A DNA stretch of 40,383 nucleotides from Nitrospirota bacterium (GTDB lineage Bacteria; Nitrospirota; UBA9217): contig JAOUEV010000032.1 of NCBI GenBank assembly GCA_029858565.1, positions 1 through 40,383 of the forward strand. Direction: 5' to 3'. Of this stretch, positions 28,328 through 38,366 are shown piece after piece. The position numbers were made by a program, and so were the translations under genes. The notes under the pieces are model-generated. The model worked only from the letters and a program-made list of their open reading frames with translations. It was not told where the DNA came from and made no database searches. How positions within the stretch are numbered: position 1 is the stretch's first letter; each line of letters starts with the position of its first letter.

Positions 28328-29151
28328 TATGACTTTCCTCTATCTCGATATTTGCCGAATATATGCTTCACAATATCTTCTCCGGTTCGATTCGGTGAAG
28401 CAAAGAAAAGATAATAGACTGTTGCACCTTTCGTGTTTCTCATAGGTATCGGCTCGGGGACGTAGGCGAATCCTGCGGTCTTCTTCAAACGCTGCCTGAA
28501 TGCCTCCGCAACGGCTTCGTTGCCGGTCTTTTCCGGCCAACCAAAAAGGTTCCCCGTGGTATTATACGCCGCTTTGAACCAGGATTCATCCCCCCAGAAC
28601 GCGGTCATGCGCGCCGCCTGTTCAGGTGCGACCTTGTCCGGATTGTCCCAAAGAACGTTCATATTCATATCCATAACGGGAAAGTTCAAAAATATCTCGA
28701 CGCTTTTCATCTGGCCCGCCCTATGCATAACCTCCCAATTAAGGTGCAAGCCATATGGGTCGAGGAGACACAACGCTCTTTTGTAGTCTTCATAACGAGC
28801 GCGGGGAAATACCTTATCAAGAAGGAGACTGTTGCAATCTCCTTCATATATAAATACATTCCGGTGACTCGCGGTCAAACCCCGCAATGAATCAATTTTG
28901 TCACTATCCCAGTCGATGAGATGATATTCCTTGAAGGGCGGGTCGATAAGAAGAGCGTTCAGCGGACTACCCTGAATGAACTCGCCGGTGCTTTTCGATA
29001 AATGTATGCCTGCGCCGGCAAATGCGTCAATATAGATGTAATTGAGAGAGGGGCTCTTCTGCGCAGCTAGTATACGCGAGTAAGCAGCGGCATACTCCCT
29101 GACAATGTCGAGCTTTACCTCGGACCAATAGCCTATCTCGTCATATTGCAT
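28327..29151 (-). CDS. tcmP: Three-Cys-motif partner protein (methyltransferase-like fold)
   Basis: [39 protein letters not shown]; TAATG overlap with DUF5131 gene. Confidence 0.88.
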   Translation of the reverse strand: MQYDEIGYWSEVKLDIVREYAAAYSRILAAQKSPSLNYIYIDAFAGAGIHLSKSTGEFIQGSPLNALLIDPPFKEYHLIDWDSDKIDSLRGLTASHRNVFIYEGDCNSLLLDKVFPRARYEDYKRALCLLDPYGLHLNWEVMHRAGQMKSVEIFLNFPVMDMNMNVLWDNPDKVAPEQAARMTAFWGDESWFKAAYNTTGNLFGWPEKTGNEAVAEAFRQRLKKTAGFAYVPEPIPMRNTKGATVYYLFFASPNRTGEDIVKHIFGKYRDRGKS

Positions 29152-29203
29152 CAGGTATACCTTTGGCTATCTCGTAATCTCCTGTTTGTCGTCTGCAGCC
29201 TTT

Positions 29204-30541
29204 CTAATCCGCCGCTCTCCGCAAATACGCCGGCTTGTCCAGGTCCGACTTCGTGCCCCCGAAGAGATCGAAGGTCGTGTCCTGCACTTCCTGCCGCCGC
29301 TTCACCGCGGGTTTCTCGATCACCGCGCGCTGCTCCTTCTGGATGAACTCCCTGAGGCTCGACGGCTGCTTCACCCGGCTTTTGATGCCTTCCTCGTCGA
29401 ATCCCGTGGCGATCACGGTCACCATCAGTTCCTCGCTCATGTTCTTGTTGATCACCATGCCGAAGATGATATTCGCGTCAGGGTCCACTTCCGCCTTGAT
29501 CACGCCGGTCGCTTCCTCAAGCTCCAGGATACCCAGGTCGCTTCCGCCGGTTATATTGATCAGCACCGCGCGGGCTCCCTTGATGGATCCGTCCTCGATC
29601 AGCGGGCTTGAGATCGCTTTGTGCGCCGCATCCACTGCCCTGCCGGGGCCCTTGGCCATGCCCATGCCCATCACGGCGCGTCCGCGGTTGGCCATCACGG
29701 TCTTGACGTCGGCGAAGTCCACGTTCACGTGGCCCGAGACCAGGACGACATCGGAGATCCCCTTGACCGCCTGCATCAGCACGTCGTCGGACATCTTGAA
29801 GGCCTCCTGGGCCAGGGTGTTCTTTTCCGACAGGTTGATAAGCCGGTCGTTGGGGATGACGATGAGCGCGTCCACGTTCTTCTTCAGCTCGGCGATCCCT
29901 TCTTCGGCGTGGCGCATGCGCCGCACTCCCTCAAATCCGAAGGGTTTCGTTACCACGCCGACGGCCAGGGCGCCGACCTCGCGCGCCAGTTTCGCGATCA
30001 CCGGCGCGGCGCCGGTCCCGGTGCCGCCGCCCATGCCCGCGGTGATAAACACCATTTCGGCCCCTTCCAGCACGCCGCGGATCTTGTCACCGTCCTCGAG
30101 AGCGGCGTTCCTGCCCGTCTCGGGATTCGCCCCCGCGCCCCGTCCCCGGGTGAGCTTGGACCCGATCTGGAGCTTGTTCGTTGCATTGACCCGGTCAAGC
30201 GCCTGCCGGTCGGTGTTCGCCGAGATGAACTCAACACCCTCGATGTTGGCCTGCACCATGGTGTTCACTGCGTTGCCGCCGCCGCCGCCGACTCCGATCA
30301 CCTTGATCCGGGCCGGCAGCTTTTCCTCGTCAGCGAACTGGAGCGCCACGGCGTCGTCGCTGACGCTGTCCGTGCTTCCAGTCGGCAGGGGCAAGGGGTC
30401 CTCGAACCGGAGCGGTGCGACACCTGCCCCGCCCGCGCTCGCATGCTCCGCGGCATGCAGGTTCATGATGTCCTCGAAGGGGAACTCCAGGGTCTCATCC
30501 TTGTGCCGGTCTCCCGGCGGAACGTGGGCCTCAGTCGTCAT
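29204..30541 (-). CDS. ftsZ: Cell division protein FtsZ with long N-terminal extension
   Basis: IKVIGVGGGGGNAV, GMGGGTGTG, NVDFADV, C-terminal LDKPAYLRR. Confidence 0.98.
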   Translation of the reverse strand: MTTEAHVPPGDRHKDETLEFPFEDIMNLHAAEHASAGGAGVAPLRFEDPLPLPTGSTDSVSDDAVALQFADEEKLPARIKVIGVGGGGGNAVNTMVQANIEGVEFISANTDRQALDRVNATNKLQIGSKLTRGRGAGANPETGRNAALEDGDKIRGVLEGAEMVFITAGMGGGTGTGAAPVIAKLAREVGALAVGVVTKPFGFEGVRRMRHAEEGIAELKKNVDALIVIPNDRLINLSEKNTLAQEAFKMSDDVLMQAVKGISDVVLVSGHVNVDFADVKTVMANRGRAVMGMGMAKGPGRAVDAAHKAISSPLIEDGSIKGARAVLINITGGSDLGILELEEATGVIKAEVDPDANIIFGMVINKNMSEELMVTVIATGFDEEGIKSRVKQPSSLREFIQKEQRAVIEKPAVKRRQEVQDTTFDLFGGTKSDLDKPAYLRRAAD

Positions 30542-30596
30542 TGCGCACCGTCCTTTCCTTGCTTATCGTCTTCACCGCGCATTGCTCCCGCGCAGA

Positions 30597-31817
30597 TCAC
30601 AGATACTCGCCAAGCCATTTCCAGAGCCGGTTCATTATCCCGCCGTGCAGGAACCGCCCCTGCACCGGCTGGTGGTTCTCGGCGCCGTAGAGCACCAGCC
30701 CGACGCCGGTCGCGTAGATCGGACTGTTCACCACATCCATGAGCCCGCCGATGTTCTTGGGTCCGCCCCGCCGGATCGGCATGCCCAGATACTTCTCCGC
30801 GGCATCCTGCATCCCTTCCATGAGCGCCGTACCGCCCGTCAGCACGATGCCCGACGCGATCATGTCCTCGGAACCGGTGCTCTTGAGCCTCTGCAGCACC
30901 AGTTCGAACAGTTCGGCCACCCGGGGCTCGATGATCTCGCACAGGATCTGCCGCGACAGGAGCCGCGGCGGCCTGCCGCCCACGCTTGCGACCTCGATCG
31001 AGTCCTCGTGCTTGACCATGGCCGCGAGCGCGCACCCGTGCCTGATCTTGATCTTCTCGGCCTCGGACGAGGGCGTGCGCAGACCGATCATGATGTCGTT
31101 CGTCACATGGTTCCCGCCGACCGGCAGCACGCCGGTGTAGAAAAGGCTGCCTTCGCGGAACAGCGCCATGTCCGTGGTCCCGCCGCCGATGTCCACCACG
31201 GCAACGCCGATCTCCTGCTCCTCGCTCGTCAGGACCGCCCGTGACGACGCCAGCGGCTGCAGCACCACGTCGCTCACATCGAGCCCCGCGCGCGAGCAGC
31301 TCTTGACGATATTCTGGATCGCCGTGACCGCGCCGGTGATGATATGGACCTTGACGTCCAGCCGCGTCCCGGACATGCCCAGCGGCTCCTTGATCCCGTC
31401 CTGGTCGTCGATGATGAACTCCTGGGGCAGCACATGAAGGATCTGCTGGGTCCCGGGGATGTCGATGGAACGCGCCGTGTCGATCGCGCGGGCGATGTCC
31501 GCCTGCCCCACTTCACGGTTCTTGATGGATGCGACGCCCTGGGACTTGAGCCCCTTGATGTGGTCCCCCGAGATCCCGACGTAGACCGAGTTGATCTCGA
31601 CCCCGGCCATGAGTTCAGCTTCTTTTACTGCCTTCTTGATGGATTCCACCGTGCTGTCGATGTTCACCACCACGCCCTTCTTCAGGCCGTGCGACGGACT
31701 GATGCCGATGCCGATGATGTCCACGCGGCCGTCGTCCTTTACCTCGCCGACGATGGCGCAGACCTTCGTCGTCCCCAGATCGAGACCGACAATGATGTTC
31801 TCCGGTTTTTTCGCCAT
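30597..31817 (-). CDS. ftsA: Cell division protein FtsA
   Basis: GLDLGTTK, DIGGGTTD, VLTGG, amphipathic C-terminal WKWLGEYL. Confidence 0.97.
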   Translation of the reverse strand: MAKKPENIIVGLDLGTTKVCAIVGEVKDDGRVDIIGIGISPSHGLKKGVVVNIDSTVESIKKAVKEAELMAGVEINSVYVGISGDHIKGLKSQGVASIKNREVGQADIARAIDTARSIDIPGTQQILHVLPQEFIIDDQDGIKEPLGMSGTRLDVKVHIITGAVTAIQNIVKSCSRAGLDVSDVVLQPLASSRAVLTSEEQEIGVAVVDIGGGTTDMALFREGSLFYTGVLPVGGNHVTNDIMIGLRTPSSEAEKIKIRHGCALAAMVKHEDSIEVASVGGRPPRLLSRQILCEIIEPRVAELFELVLQRLKSTGSEDMIASGIVLTGGTALMEGMQDAAEKYLGMPIRRGGPKNIGGLMDVVNSPIYATGVGLVLYGAENHQPVQGRFLHGGIMNRLWKWLGEYL

Positions 31818-31870
31818 GCCACCCCCTCGGAGGAAACCGGGGTCCGGCAGCAAGAAGCTGGGAGCCACCC

Positions 31871-32764
31871 TTAGCCCCTCTGCTTCTTCCCCTTGCCCCG
31901 TACCCCGTGCCCCGTATTCCGGTCTTTTACCACCATGACCGCGGCCTGCCGCTCCGGCCGAAGTTCCACGGCCGTATACTCGATCCCCTGACGGTTCATG
32001 TCCGACACGATCTCGCCCAGCCTTCTGAGCTTTTCCTCGTAGTTCCCGCAGCCGATCCGGAACTCGCGGTTCGCGTAGATGATCGCCACGGTTTCCGCGC
32101 TGTCCGCTTTCACGGTCACTGCTCCCGGTTCCCAGCCGCCGCGCGCAGCGAGCGCGTCGAGCAGGGTGAACGCATCGTTCAGAACGCCGCCGGTCACCGG
32201 CTCGCCGGGAACTGCGCGCCAGTCGCGGATCGAAACTACCGGCATCGCTGCCAGGACCGGGTCGCCCTGCGCGACCGCGGTGATCACCGTGCCGCCGCTG
32301 TCCACCAGATACCGCCCGTTCACTGCCAATAGCACCGCGCGGGGAGACCGCTCGGTGAATTCCATGCTGATGCGGTTAGGCAGCTTCCGCTCGATGCGAA
32401 CGTCCTCCACCCAGGGATTGGCCCGGGCCCGTTTGACTGCTGCTGCCGGATCAACGCGAAATATGTTCTGGCCCGTAAAGAGATCGGCCATGGCGCGGAC
32501 CTCTTCCTCCCGCACCCGGTGAACGCCTTTCACGTCCACCCCGGCGACGAGGAACATCTCGGCGTGGGTAAGCCAGGCGTATCCCTCCCAGGCGCCATAG
32601 CAAAGCGCGACGGTCAGGATCAGGGCGATGATCGTGCCAAGAGCGCCGGCTGCAGGGGAATTTCTTTTCCCCCTCCCCATCCCGGCATCTACCCTGCGGA
32701 CCGTCGTGCGGACCGGCGTCCTGCGGTATTTGCCCGGCACCCTGACGTTCTTATAGTCGCGCAC
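31871..32764 (-). CDS. ftsQ: Cell division protein FtsQ/DivIB
   Basis: Basic N-terminus, single TM, POTRA (NPWV..V.IERKLPNRI...ER.P); position between ddl and ftsA. Confidence 0.9.
   Translation of the reverse strand: MRDYKNVRVPGKYRRTPVRTTVRRVDAGMGRGKRNSPAAGALGTIIALILTVALCYGAWEGYAWLTHAEMFLVAGVDVKGVHRVREEEVRAMADLFTGQNIFRVDPAAAVKRARANPWVEDVRIERKLPNRISMEFTERSPRAVLLAVNGRYLVDSGGTVITAVAQGDPVLAAMPVVSIRDWRAVPGEPVTGGVLNDAFTLLDALAARGGWEPGAVTVKADSAETVAIIYANREFRIGCGNYEEKLRRLGEIVSDMNRQGIEYTAVELRPERQAAVMVVKDRNTGHGVRGKGKKQRG
31889..31916. repeat. Heptamer tandem repeat (CCCCGTR)n
   Basis: CCCCTTG CCCCGTA CCCCGTG CCCCGTA at the ftsQ 3' end. Confidence 0.75.
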
Positions 32765-32788
32765 CTGTTCCTCGTCTCTTGTCGCCCG

Positions 32789-33724
32789 TCACTTCTCGCT
32801 CTTTATCACTGCCAGCCGCACGATCTCCTCCACCAGTTCGGGAAACCCGATACCCGACCCCTGGGCTATCTCGGGAAGAAGGCTCGTGGCGGTCATGCCC
32901 GGCAGGGTATTCACTTCGAGGATGAAGGGTTCGCCGTTGCCGTCGATGATGAAGTCGACCCTGCTGTAGCCGCGGCATCCGAGCACCTGGTGGGCGTGCA
33001 AGCCTGCATCGAGCGCTCGTTTATACACCGATTCCGGGACCCGGGCCGGAAAATAGTGCTGAGACCCGCCCGCCTCATATTTTGCCTGGTAGCTGTAGAA
33101 CCCGTCCCGCTGCGGCACGATCTCGATCGCGCCGAGGGCGCGGTTGCCCAGGATCCCGACCTGTACCTCCATGCCGCTGATATACGCCTCCACGAGGATC
33201 TCAGCATCGTACCGGAATGCGAGTTCAGCGGCCTCGTCGAACCTTTCCGCGGTCCGGACCACGCTGACACCCACACTGGACCCTTCCGCGCTCGGTTTGA
33301 CCACGAGGGGATATCCGATCTCGCTCTGTGCCGAGACAAGCCCGGGCCGGTCGCCCCGGTTCACGACCCGAAAGGGACCGACGCGCAGACCGGCCGCGCG
33401 GAACAGCGTCTTGGACACTATCTTGTTCATGCCCATGGCAGATGCCAGGATCCCCGATCCCGTATAGGGAATTCCCAGGACCTCGAGCAGACCCTGGATC
33501 GCGCCATCCTCACCGAATTTGCCGTGAAGACCGTTGAACGCAATGCCGATGCCTGAGGCCTTTATCTGTTCGACCACATCCGGCCCCACATCTATGCCCA
33601 CGGCATCATAGCCTTTGCCGGTCAGCGCTTTCAGGATGGCCTTGCCTGAGCTGAGCGACACCTCACGCTCCGAGGACATCCCGCCCATCAGCACGCCGAT
33701 CTTCTTCTTACTCACCAATGCCAT
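32789..33724 (-). CDS. ddl: D-alanine--D-alanine ligase
   Basis: GGMSSEREVSL, LHGKFGEDG, GSSVGV, EVNTLPGMT. Confidence 0.97.
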   Translation of the reverse strand: MALVSKKKIGVLMGGMSSEREVSLSSGKAILKALTGKGYDAVGIDVGPDVVEQIKASGIGIAFNGLHGKFGEDGAIQGLLEVLGIPYTGSGILASAMGMNKIVSKTLFRAAGLRVGPFRVVNRGDRPGLVSAQSEIGYPLVVKPSAEGSSVGVSVVRTAERFDEAAELAFRYDAEILVEAYISGMEVQVGILGNRALGAIEIVPQRDGFYSYQAKYEAGGSQHYFPARVPESVYKRALDAGLHAHQVLGCRGYSRVDFIIDGNGEPFILEVNTLPGMTATSLLPEIAQGSGIGFPELVEEIVRLAVIKSEK

Positions 33725-33780
33725 TTTTCTTTTTCCCTCTAGCCCTTTAGCCCTTGTTTGCTTCCTAATCCCTTGTTCAG

Positions 33781-34689
33781 CTAATCCTCTCCAATGATCT
33801 TGATCTCCGGTTCCAGCCGCACCTGATGCATCTCAAGCACCCGCTCCTTCACAACCTCCATGAGCTTGAGCACGTCGGCAGCGGTCGCGCCGCCCAGATT
33901 CACAATGAAGTTCCCGTGCTTTTCCGAGATCTGCGCACGTCCCACGGCAAACCCCTTGAGCCCCGCCTGCTCGATCAGCTTTCCGGCCGCTTCATCCAGC
34001 GGGTTCTTGAACACCGAACCCGCGTTCGGAAGGCCCCAGGGCTGGCGTTCCTTTCTGCCGGCCATCAGCTCGCTGATCCGCTCCTTGATCCGTTCCCGCT
34101 CGCCTTTCCTGAGGATGAGCTTTGCCTCCACGATCACTTGTCCCGGCGGCACGTTCGCCGTGCGGTAGCCGAATCCCATCTCATCGTGGTGACGGAGCAC
34201 CAGGTCACCCGACGGTGTCAGGAGCGTCACCGCGTCGGTAACATCGCCTATCTCTCCCCGGGAGGTGCCGGCGTTCATGCATAAGGCGCCGCCCACGGTG
34301 CCGGGGATGCCGGCCGCGAATTCGAGGCCGGTGAGCTCGTGCTCCACGCTGAAGTTCATGAGCCTGGCCAGCGAAGCGCCGGCCTCGGCGGAAAGCACGG
34401 CGTAGGATCCGCCCACGGACCGGTATTCCCGGGTGATCGAGATCGCGGCCATGTTCCTGAGACTTACGACCACGCCGCGAAAGCCGCCGTCCCGGACCAG
34501 CAGGTTCGTGCCCCCGCCCAGCACCAGGAAGCGCAGGTTCCGCTCGCGGATCTCTGCCATCAGGGCGAGCAGGTCGCCGCGGTCCGCGGGAACGACAAAG
34601 GCATCCGCCGGTCCTCCGATCTGGTAGGACGTATGACGGCTCATGGGCTCCTGCAGCCGCACTTCCCCCCGTAGGTTCGTGAAGTTCAT
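33781..34689 (-). CDS. murB: UDP-N-acetylmuramate dehydrogenase
   Basis: [37 protein letters not shown]; ATGA overlap with murC. Confidence 0.96.
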   Translation of the reverse strand: MNFTNLRGEVRLQEPMSRHTSYQIGGPADAFVVPADRGDLLALMAEIRERNLRFLVLGGGTNLLVRDGGFRGVVVSLRNMAAISITREYRSVGGSYAVLSAEAGASLARLMNFSVEHELTGLEFAAGIPGTVGGALCMNAGTSRGEIGDVTDAVTLLTPSGDLVLRHHDEMGFGYRTANVPPGQVIVEAKLILRKGERERIKERISELMAGRKERQPWGLPNAGSVFKNPLDEAAGKLIEQAGLKGFAVGRAQISEKHGNFIVNLGGATAADVLKLMEVVKERVLEMHQVRLEPEIKIIGED

Positions 34690-36056
34690 TGTTTCAGTTT
34701 CTCCAGTACCGCTTCTCCGAGTTTCCACACATCGCCCGCTCCGAGGGTCAGCAGCAGATCACCCTGCCTGAGCGTCTCCGCGAGGTGCGCGATCAGTTTT
34801 TCCCGGTCGCCGATGTACGCGGCGTCCTTGTGGCCATATCCCTTCACACCCGCCTCCACCGCCTGCCCCGACACCCCGGGGATCGGCTGTTCGCCGGCCG
34901 CATAGATATCCGTGATGATCACCCGGTCCGCCTGATTGAAAGCGCTGAAGAACTCCTCAAGCAGATGTTTGGTCCTCGTATAGCGGTGCGGCTGGAACAC
35001 GCACACGACACGACGTCCCAGGGCGGCCTTGGCAGCGGCAAGTGTCGCCCGCACCTCGGTGGGATGGTGGCCGTAATCGTCGACCACCAGCACGCCCCGC
35101 GCCTCTCCCTTGATCTGGAAGCGGCGCTGGACGCCGCTGAACTCCCTGAGCGCCCTGCGGATCACCTCAAGTTCGATGTTCAGCTCCCGCGCCACGGCAA
35201 TGGCCGCAACGCTGTTGCTCACGTTGTGCATGCCCGGGACCGACAGCTCGAACCATCCCAGGTCGTCCTTGTGGTTCATGACCCGGAACTTCGCGCCCAG
35301 AGGCAGCAGGGTCGCGTCCTTCACCTGGTAATCGGCCTGGGCGCTCATGCCGTAGGTAAGATACCGCTTCTCGATCTTCGGAATGAGCGATTGGATGTGC
35401 TTCTGGTCCAGGCAGAGGATCGAGACGCCGTAAAAAGGCACTTTGTTGATGAAGGCGATGAAAGCGTCCTTGATCTCGTTGATGTCCTTGTAGTAGTCCA
35501 GGTGCTCCTCGTCGATGTTCGTCACCACGGCAATGGCGGGCGTGAGCTTGAGGAAGCTGCCGTCGCTCTCATCGGCCTCGGCCACGAGGAAGTCGCCCTG
35601 ACCCAGCTTGGCGTTGGATCCCAGGCTGTTCAGCTTCCCGCCGATCACCACGGTCGGGTCGATGCCGCCGGCCGCGAGCACCGTGGCCACCATGGATGTC
35701 GTGGTGGTCTTGCCGTGGGCTCCGGCGATGGCCACGCCGTACTTGAGCCGCATGAGCTCCGCCAGCATCTCGGCACGGGGGATCACCGGGACCTGCTTCT
35801 CCCGCGCTGCAACGACCTCCACATTGTCCTTTTTCACGGCCGAGGAGATCACGACCACGTGGGGCTCGGTGATGTTCTCGGCGCGGTGTCCGATCATGAT
35901 CTCTCCGCCCAGGCTCTTCAGCCGCTCGGTGGTGTCCGACTCCCGGAGGTCCGAGCCCGATACCCGGTAACCCAGGTTCAGGAGCACCTCGGCGATGCCG
36001 CTCATGCCGATGCCGCCGATGCCGACAAAATGGATATGCTGGATCTTCTTAAACAT
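34686..36056 (-). CDS. murC: UDP-N-acetylmuramate--L-alanine ligase
   Basis: [45 protein letters not shown]. Confidence 0.98.
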   Translation of the reverse strand: MFKKIQHIHFVGIGGIGMSGIAEVLLNLGYRVSGSDLRESDTTERLKSLGGEIMIGHRAENITEPHVVVISSAVKKDNVEVVAAREKQVPVIPRAEMLAELMRLKYGVAIAGAHGKTTTTSMVATVLAAGGIDPTVVIGGKLNSLGSNAKLGQGDFLVAEADESDGSFLKLTPAIAVVTNIDEEHLDYYKDINEIKDAFIAFINKVPFYGVSILCLDQKHIQSLIPKIEKRYLTYGMSAQADYQVKDATLLPLGAKFRVMNHKDDLGWFELSVPGMHNVSNSVAAIAVARELNIELEVIRRALREFSGVQRRFQIKGEARGVLVVDDYGHHPTEVRATLAAAKAALGRRVVCVFQPHRYTRTKHLLEEFFSAFNQADRVIITDIYAAGEQPIPGVSGQAVEAGVKGYGHKDAAYIGDREKLIAHLAETLRQGDLLLTLGAGDVWKLGEAVLEKLKQ

Positions 36057-37113
36057 GCTCTTTGCAGGCCCTCGCGATCTCTTCCGCGGCAGTGGACGCC
36101 AGGGGCTCCGCGCCCCGCCGTGCCTGTGCCGCGCAGGTCTTGATCGTCTGCGCCAGCCCCGCCGGCGTCAGGTCCTTCTGAACGATCACGGTCGCGCCGC
36201 CCCGATCGGCAAGCGCCCGCGCATTGTGCTCCTGATGGTTGTCCGCGGCAAAGGGGAAGGGGATCAGCACCGCCTGTTTCCCGCATACCGCAAGCTCCGC
36301 CACGGTCGTTGCGCCTGACCGGCAGACCACCAGGTCCGCCGCGGCGTAGGCCCCGGCCATGTCATTGATGTAGGGAAGCACGACACCTGCCAGTCCCGCC
36401 TCCCGGTATCCCTGTCCCACCTCGGCAGCATCCTTTTCACCGGTCTGGTGGAGGACCTGGAGACGCGGCACGGTCGCCAGCTCCTTTGCCGCGTCCTTCA
36501 TCGCCATGTTGATCGCGTGGGCGCCGCCGCTGCCGCCCATGACCAGGACCGTGTACTTTTCCGCCGCCAGTCCAAAGACCTTTTTTGCCGACTCCCCATT
36601 GCCCTGCTCAATGCCTTTTCGCACGAGCGGTCCGGTCAGGACCTTTTTCCCGGCAGCAAAGAACCCCTGGCTGTCCCTGCCCGGGAAGCAGAGGAATATT
36701 TTTTTCGCGAACCTCCCGGCCACGCGGTTCGCGAGTCCCGCGTAGGAATTCGGTTCCACAATGATCAACGGCAAGCGATGCAGCCATGCCGCCAGGGCCA
36801 CCGGGCCTGACGCGTATCCGCCGACTCCCACGACCGCTCCGGGCCGCTCCTGCCGGAGCAGGCTGACCGCCTGCAGAACGCTGCGGGGAAGGGCCATAAG
36901 CGTCTTGAACCGCGCGGTCAGCCCCATGCCCTTGAGCTTGCCCACGGTGATGAACCGCACCGGAAGCTTCTCCGCTGGAAGGACCCGCGCCTCGATGCCC
37001 TGCGCGGTCCCCGCGAAAACGACCTCATCGCCCTGCCTGAGCAGCTCGCGGGCAATGGCTATCCCCGGGTAGAGATGCCCGCCGGTTCCGCCGGCCGCGA
37101 TCACGACCTTCAC
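36049..37113 (-). CDS. murG: Lipid II GlcNAc transferase
   Basis: [36 protein letters not shown]. Confidence 0.97.
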   Translation of the reverse strand: MKVVIAAGGTGGHLYPGIAIARELLRQGDEVVFAGTAQGIEARVLPAEKLPVRFITVGKLKGMGLTARFKTLMALPRSVLQAVSLLRQERPGAVVGVGGYASGPVALAAWLHRLPLIIVEPNSYAGLANRVAGRFAKKIFLCFPGRDSQGFFAAGKKVLTGPLVRKGIEQGNGESAKKVFGLAAEKYTVLVMGGSGGAHAINMAMKDAAKELATVPRLQVLHQTGEKDAAEVGQGYREAGLAGVVLPYINDMAGAYAAADLVVCRSGATTVAELAVCGKQAVLIPFPFAADNHQEHNARALADRGGATVIVQKDLTPAGLAQTIKTCAAQARRGAEPLASTAAEEIARACKEHV

Positions 37114-37136
37114 GCGGTCGCAAACCTTTCATTATC

Positions 37137-37168
37137 ATTCCGCACTCCGCACTCTGCGCTCCGCACTT
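37137..37168. repeat. Heptamer tandem repeat (ACTCCGC)n
   Basis: ATTCCGC ACTCCGC ACTCTGC GCTCCGC between ftsW and murG. Confidence 0.8.
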
Positions 37169-37174
37169 GATTCC

Positions 37175-38284
37175 TCATGCCGTGCTCTTTGATATGTTCA
37201 ACAGCACGCCCACCGACGCAAGCGTGACCAGGAGCGCTGAACCGCCATAGCTCACCAGCGGAAGGGCGATGCCCTTGGTCGGCAGCAGGCCGGTCACGAC
37301 CGCCATGTTGATCAGGGCCTGGATGCATATCAGGAGCGTTATCCCCAGCGCCAACATGCGGCTGAAGGGATCTGCCGCAAGGCGAGCGATGCGGAGACCG
37401 CGCCACAACACGATGCAGAACAACACGAGCACGCCAAGGGCGCCGACAAGCCCGAGCTCCTCGCCGATCACCGCGTAGATGAAATCGGAATGCCGCTCGG
37501 GCAGGAACAGAAGCTTCTGCCGTCCCTCGCCAAGACCGCGGCCGAACACGCCGCCGCTGCCAAAGGCCAGAAAGGACTGGATGATCTGGTGGCCGGCGCC
37601 CTGGGGGTCCGCCCAGGGATCCAGAAAGCTCATGATCCTCTTGAGCCGGTAGGTCTTGAACATGACCGCGGCGGCAGCGAACGGCACGAGCAGCGCGAGC
37701 ACGCCGCCGAGATGCATCAGGTTCGCGCCGCCCGCAAAGAGCATGATGAACATGATCACGGACATGGTCATGACCGTGCCGAAATCGGGTTGCAGGAGCA
37801 CCATGAGCAGGAAGGTCCCGGTGACCACGTACGCCGGGACCAGTCCGTTCATGAGATCACGTATGCGCGTTCCCTTGGACGCGATGTACGAGCTCAGATA
37901 GACCACCAGCGTGAACTTGAGAAGTTCCGCGGGCTGGAACCGCGCGCCGCCGGCGCTGATCCACCGCCGCGCGCCGTTGACCGTCCGGCCGATACCCGGC
38001 AGGAACGTGGCGATAAGCAGCAGCAGGGTCAGGATCAGGAGACCGCCGACCACCCGTTTGTCCGCGAGCTTCTCGTGGTCGACCTGCATCAGGATCGCCA
38101 TCGCCGCAAGACCGATCGCCGCCCAGACGATCTGACGCTTCATGAAATGCGAAGCGTCGTGATAGGTCGTGAGCGCCACCACGCTGCTCGAGCTGTAGAC
38201 CATGACCACGCCGCAGACAAGCAGCAGCATCACCGCCGTGAACAGCATTCTGTCGTAATGTCCCCGTGATTCCATTATTGCCAT
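37175..38284 (-). CDS. ftsW: Peptidoglycan polymerase FtsW (SEDS)
   Basis: NGARRWI, FQPAE, QPDFGT, LPERHSDFI, LPLVSYGGS. Confidence 0.96.
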   Translation of the reverse strand: MAIMESRGHYDRMLFTAVMLLLVCGVVMVYSSSSVVALTTYHDASHFMKRQIVWAAIGLAAMAILMQVDHEKLADKRVVGGLLILTLLLLIATFLPGIGRTVNGARRWISAGGARFQPAELLKFTLVVYLSSYIASKGTRIRDLMNGLVPAYVVTGTFLLMVLLQPDFGTVMTMSVIMFIMLFAGGANLMHLGGVLALLVPFAAAAVMFKTYRLKRIMSFLDPWADPQGAGHQIIQSFLAFGSGGVFGRGLGEGRQKLLFLPERHSDFIYAVIGEELGLVGALGVLVLFCIVLWRGLRIARLAADPFSRMLALGITLLICIQALINMAVVTGLLPTKGIALPLVSYGGSALLVTLASVGVLLNISKSTA

Positions 38285-38366
38285 ATCTTCAAACCCCGCA
38301 CCGGACGGTCATGAACCATTCGTACTAATCGGTCAGCGGTCGACATTTTTACTAATGCCGTCTTCC

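Larger units (their letters stand above)
22620..29200 (-). mobile_element. Accessory defence-type island, no mobility gene seen
   Basis: Six co-oriented accessory genes, visibly AT-richer than the flanking dcw genes; boundaries approximate. Confidence 0.6.

Noticed and set aside
29235-31244. 669 aa plus-strand ORF and other long antisense ORFs (e.g. 34689-36143, 7296-8558, 12966-14081, 4558-5544)
   Set aside because: Shadows of well-supported minus-strand genes in GC-rich DNA with strong codon bias; no recognisable motifs
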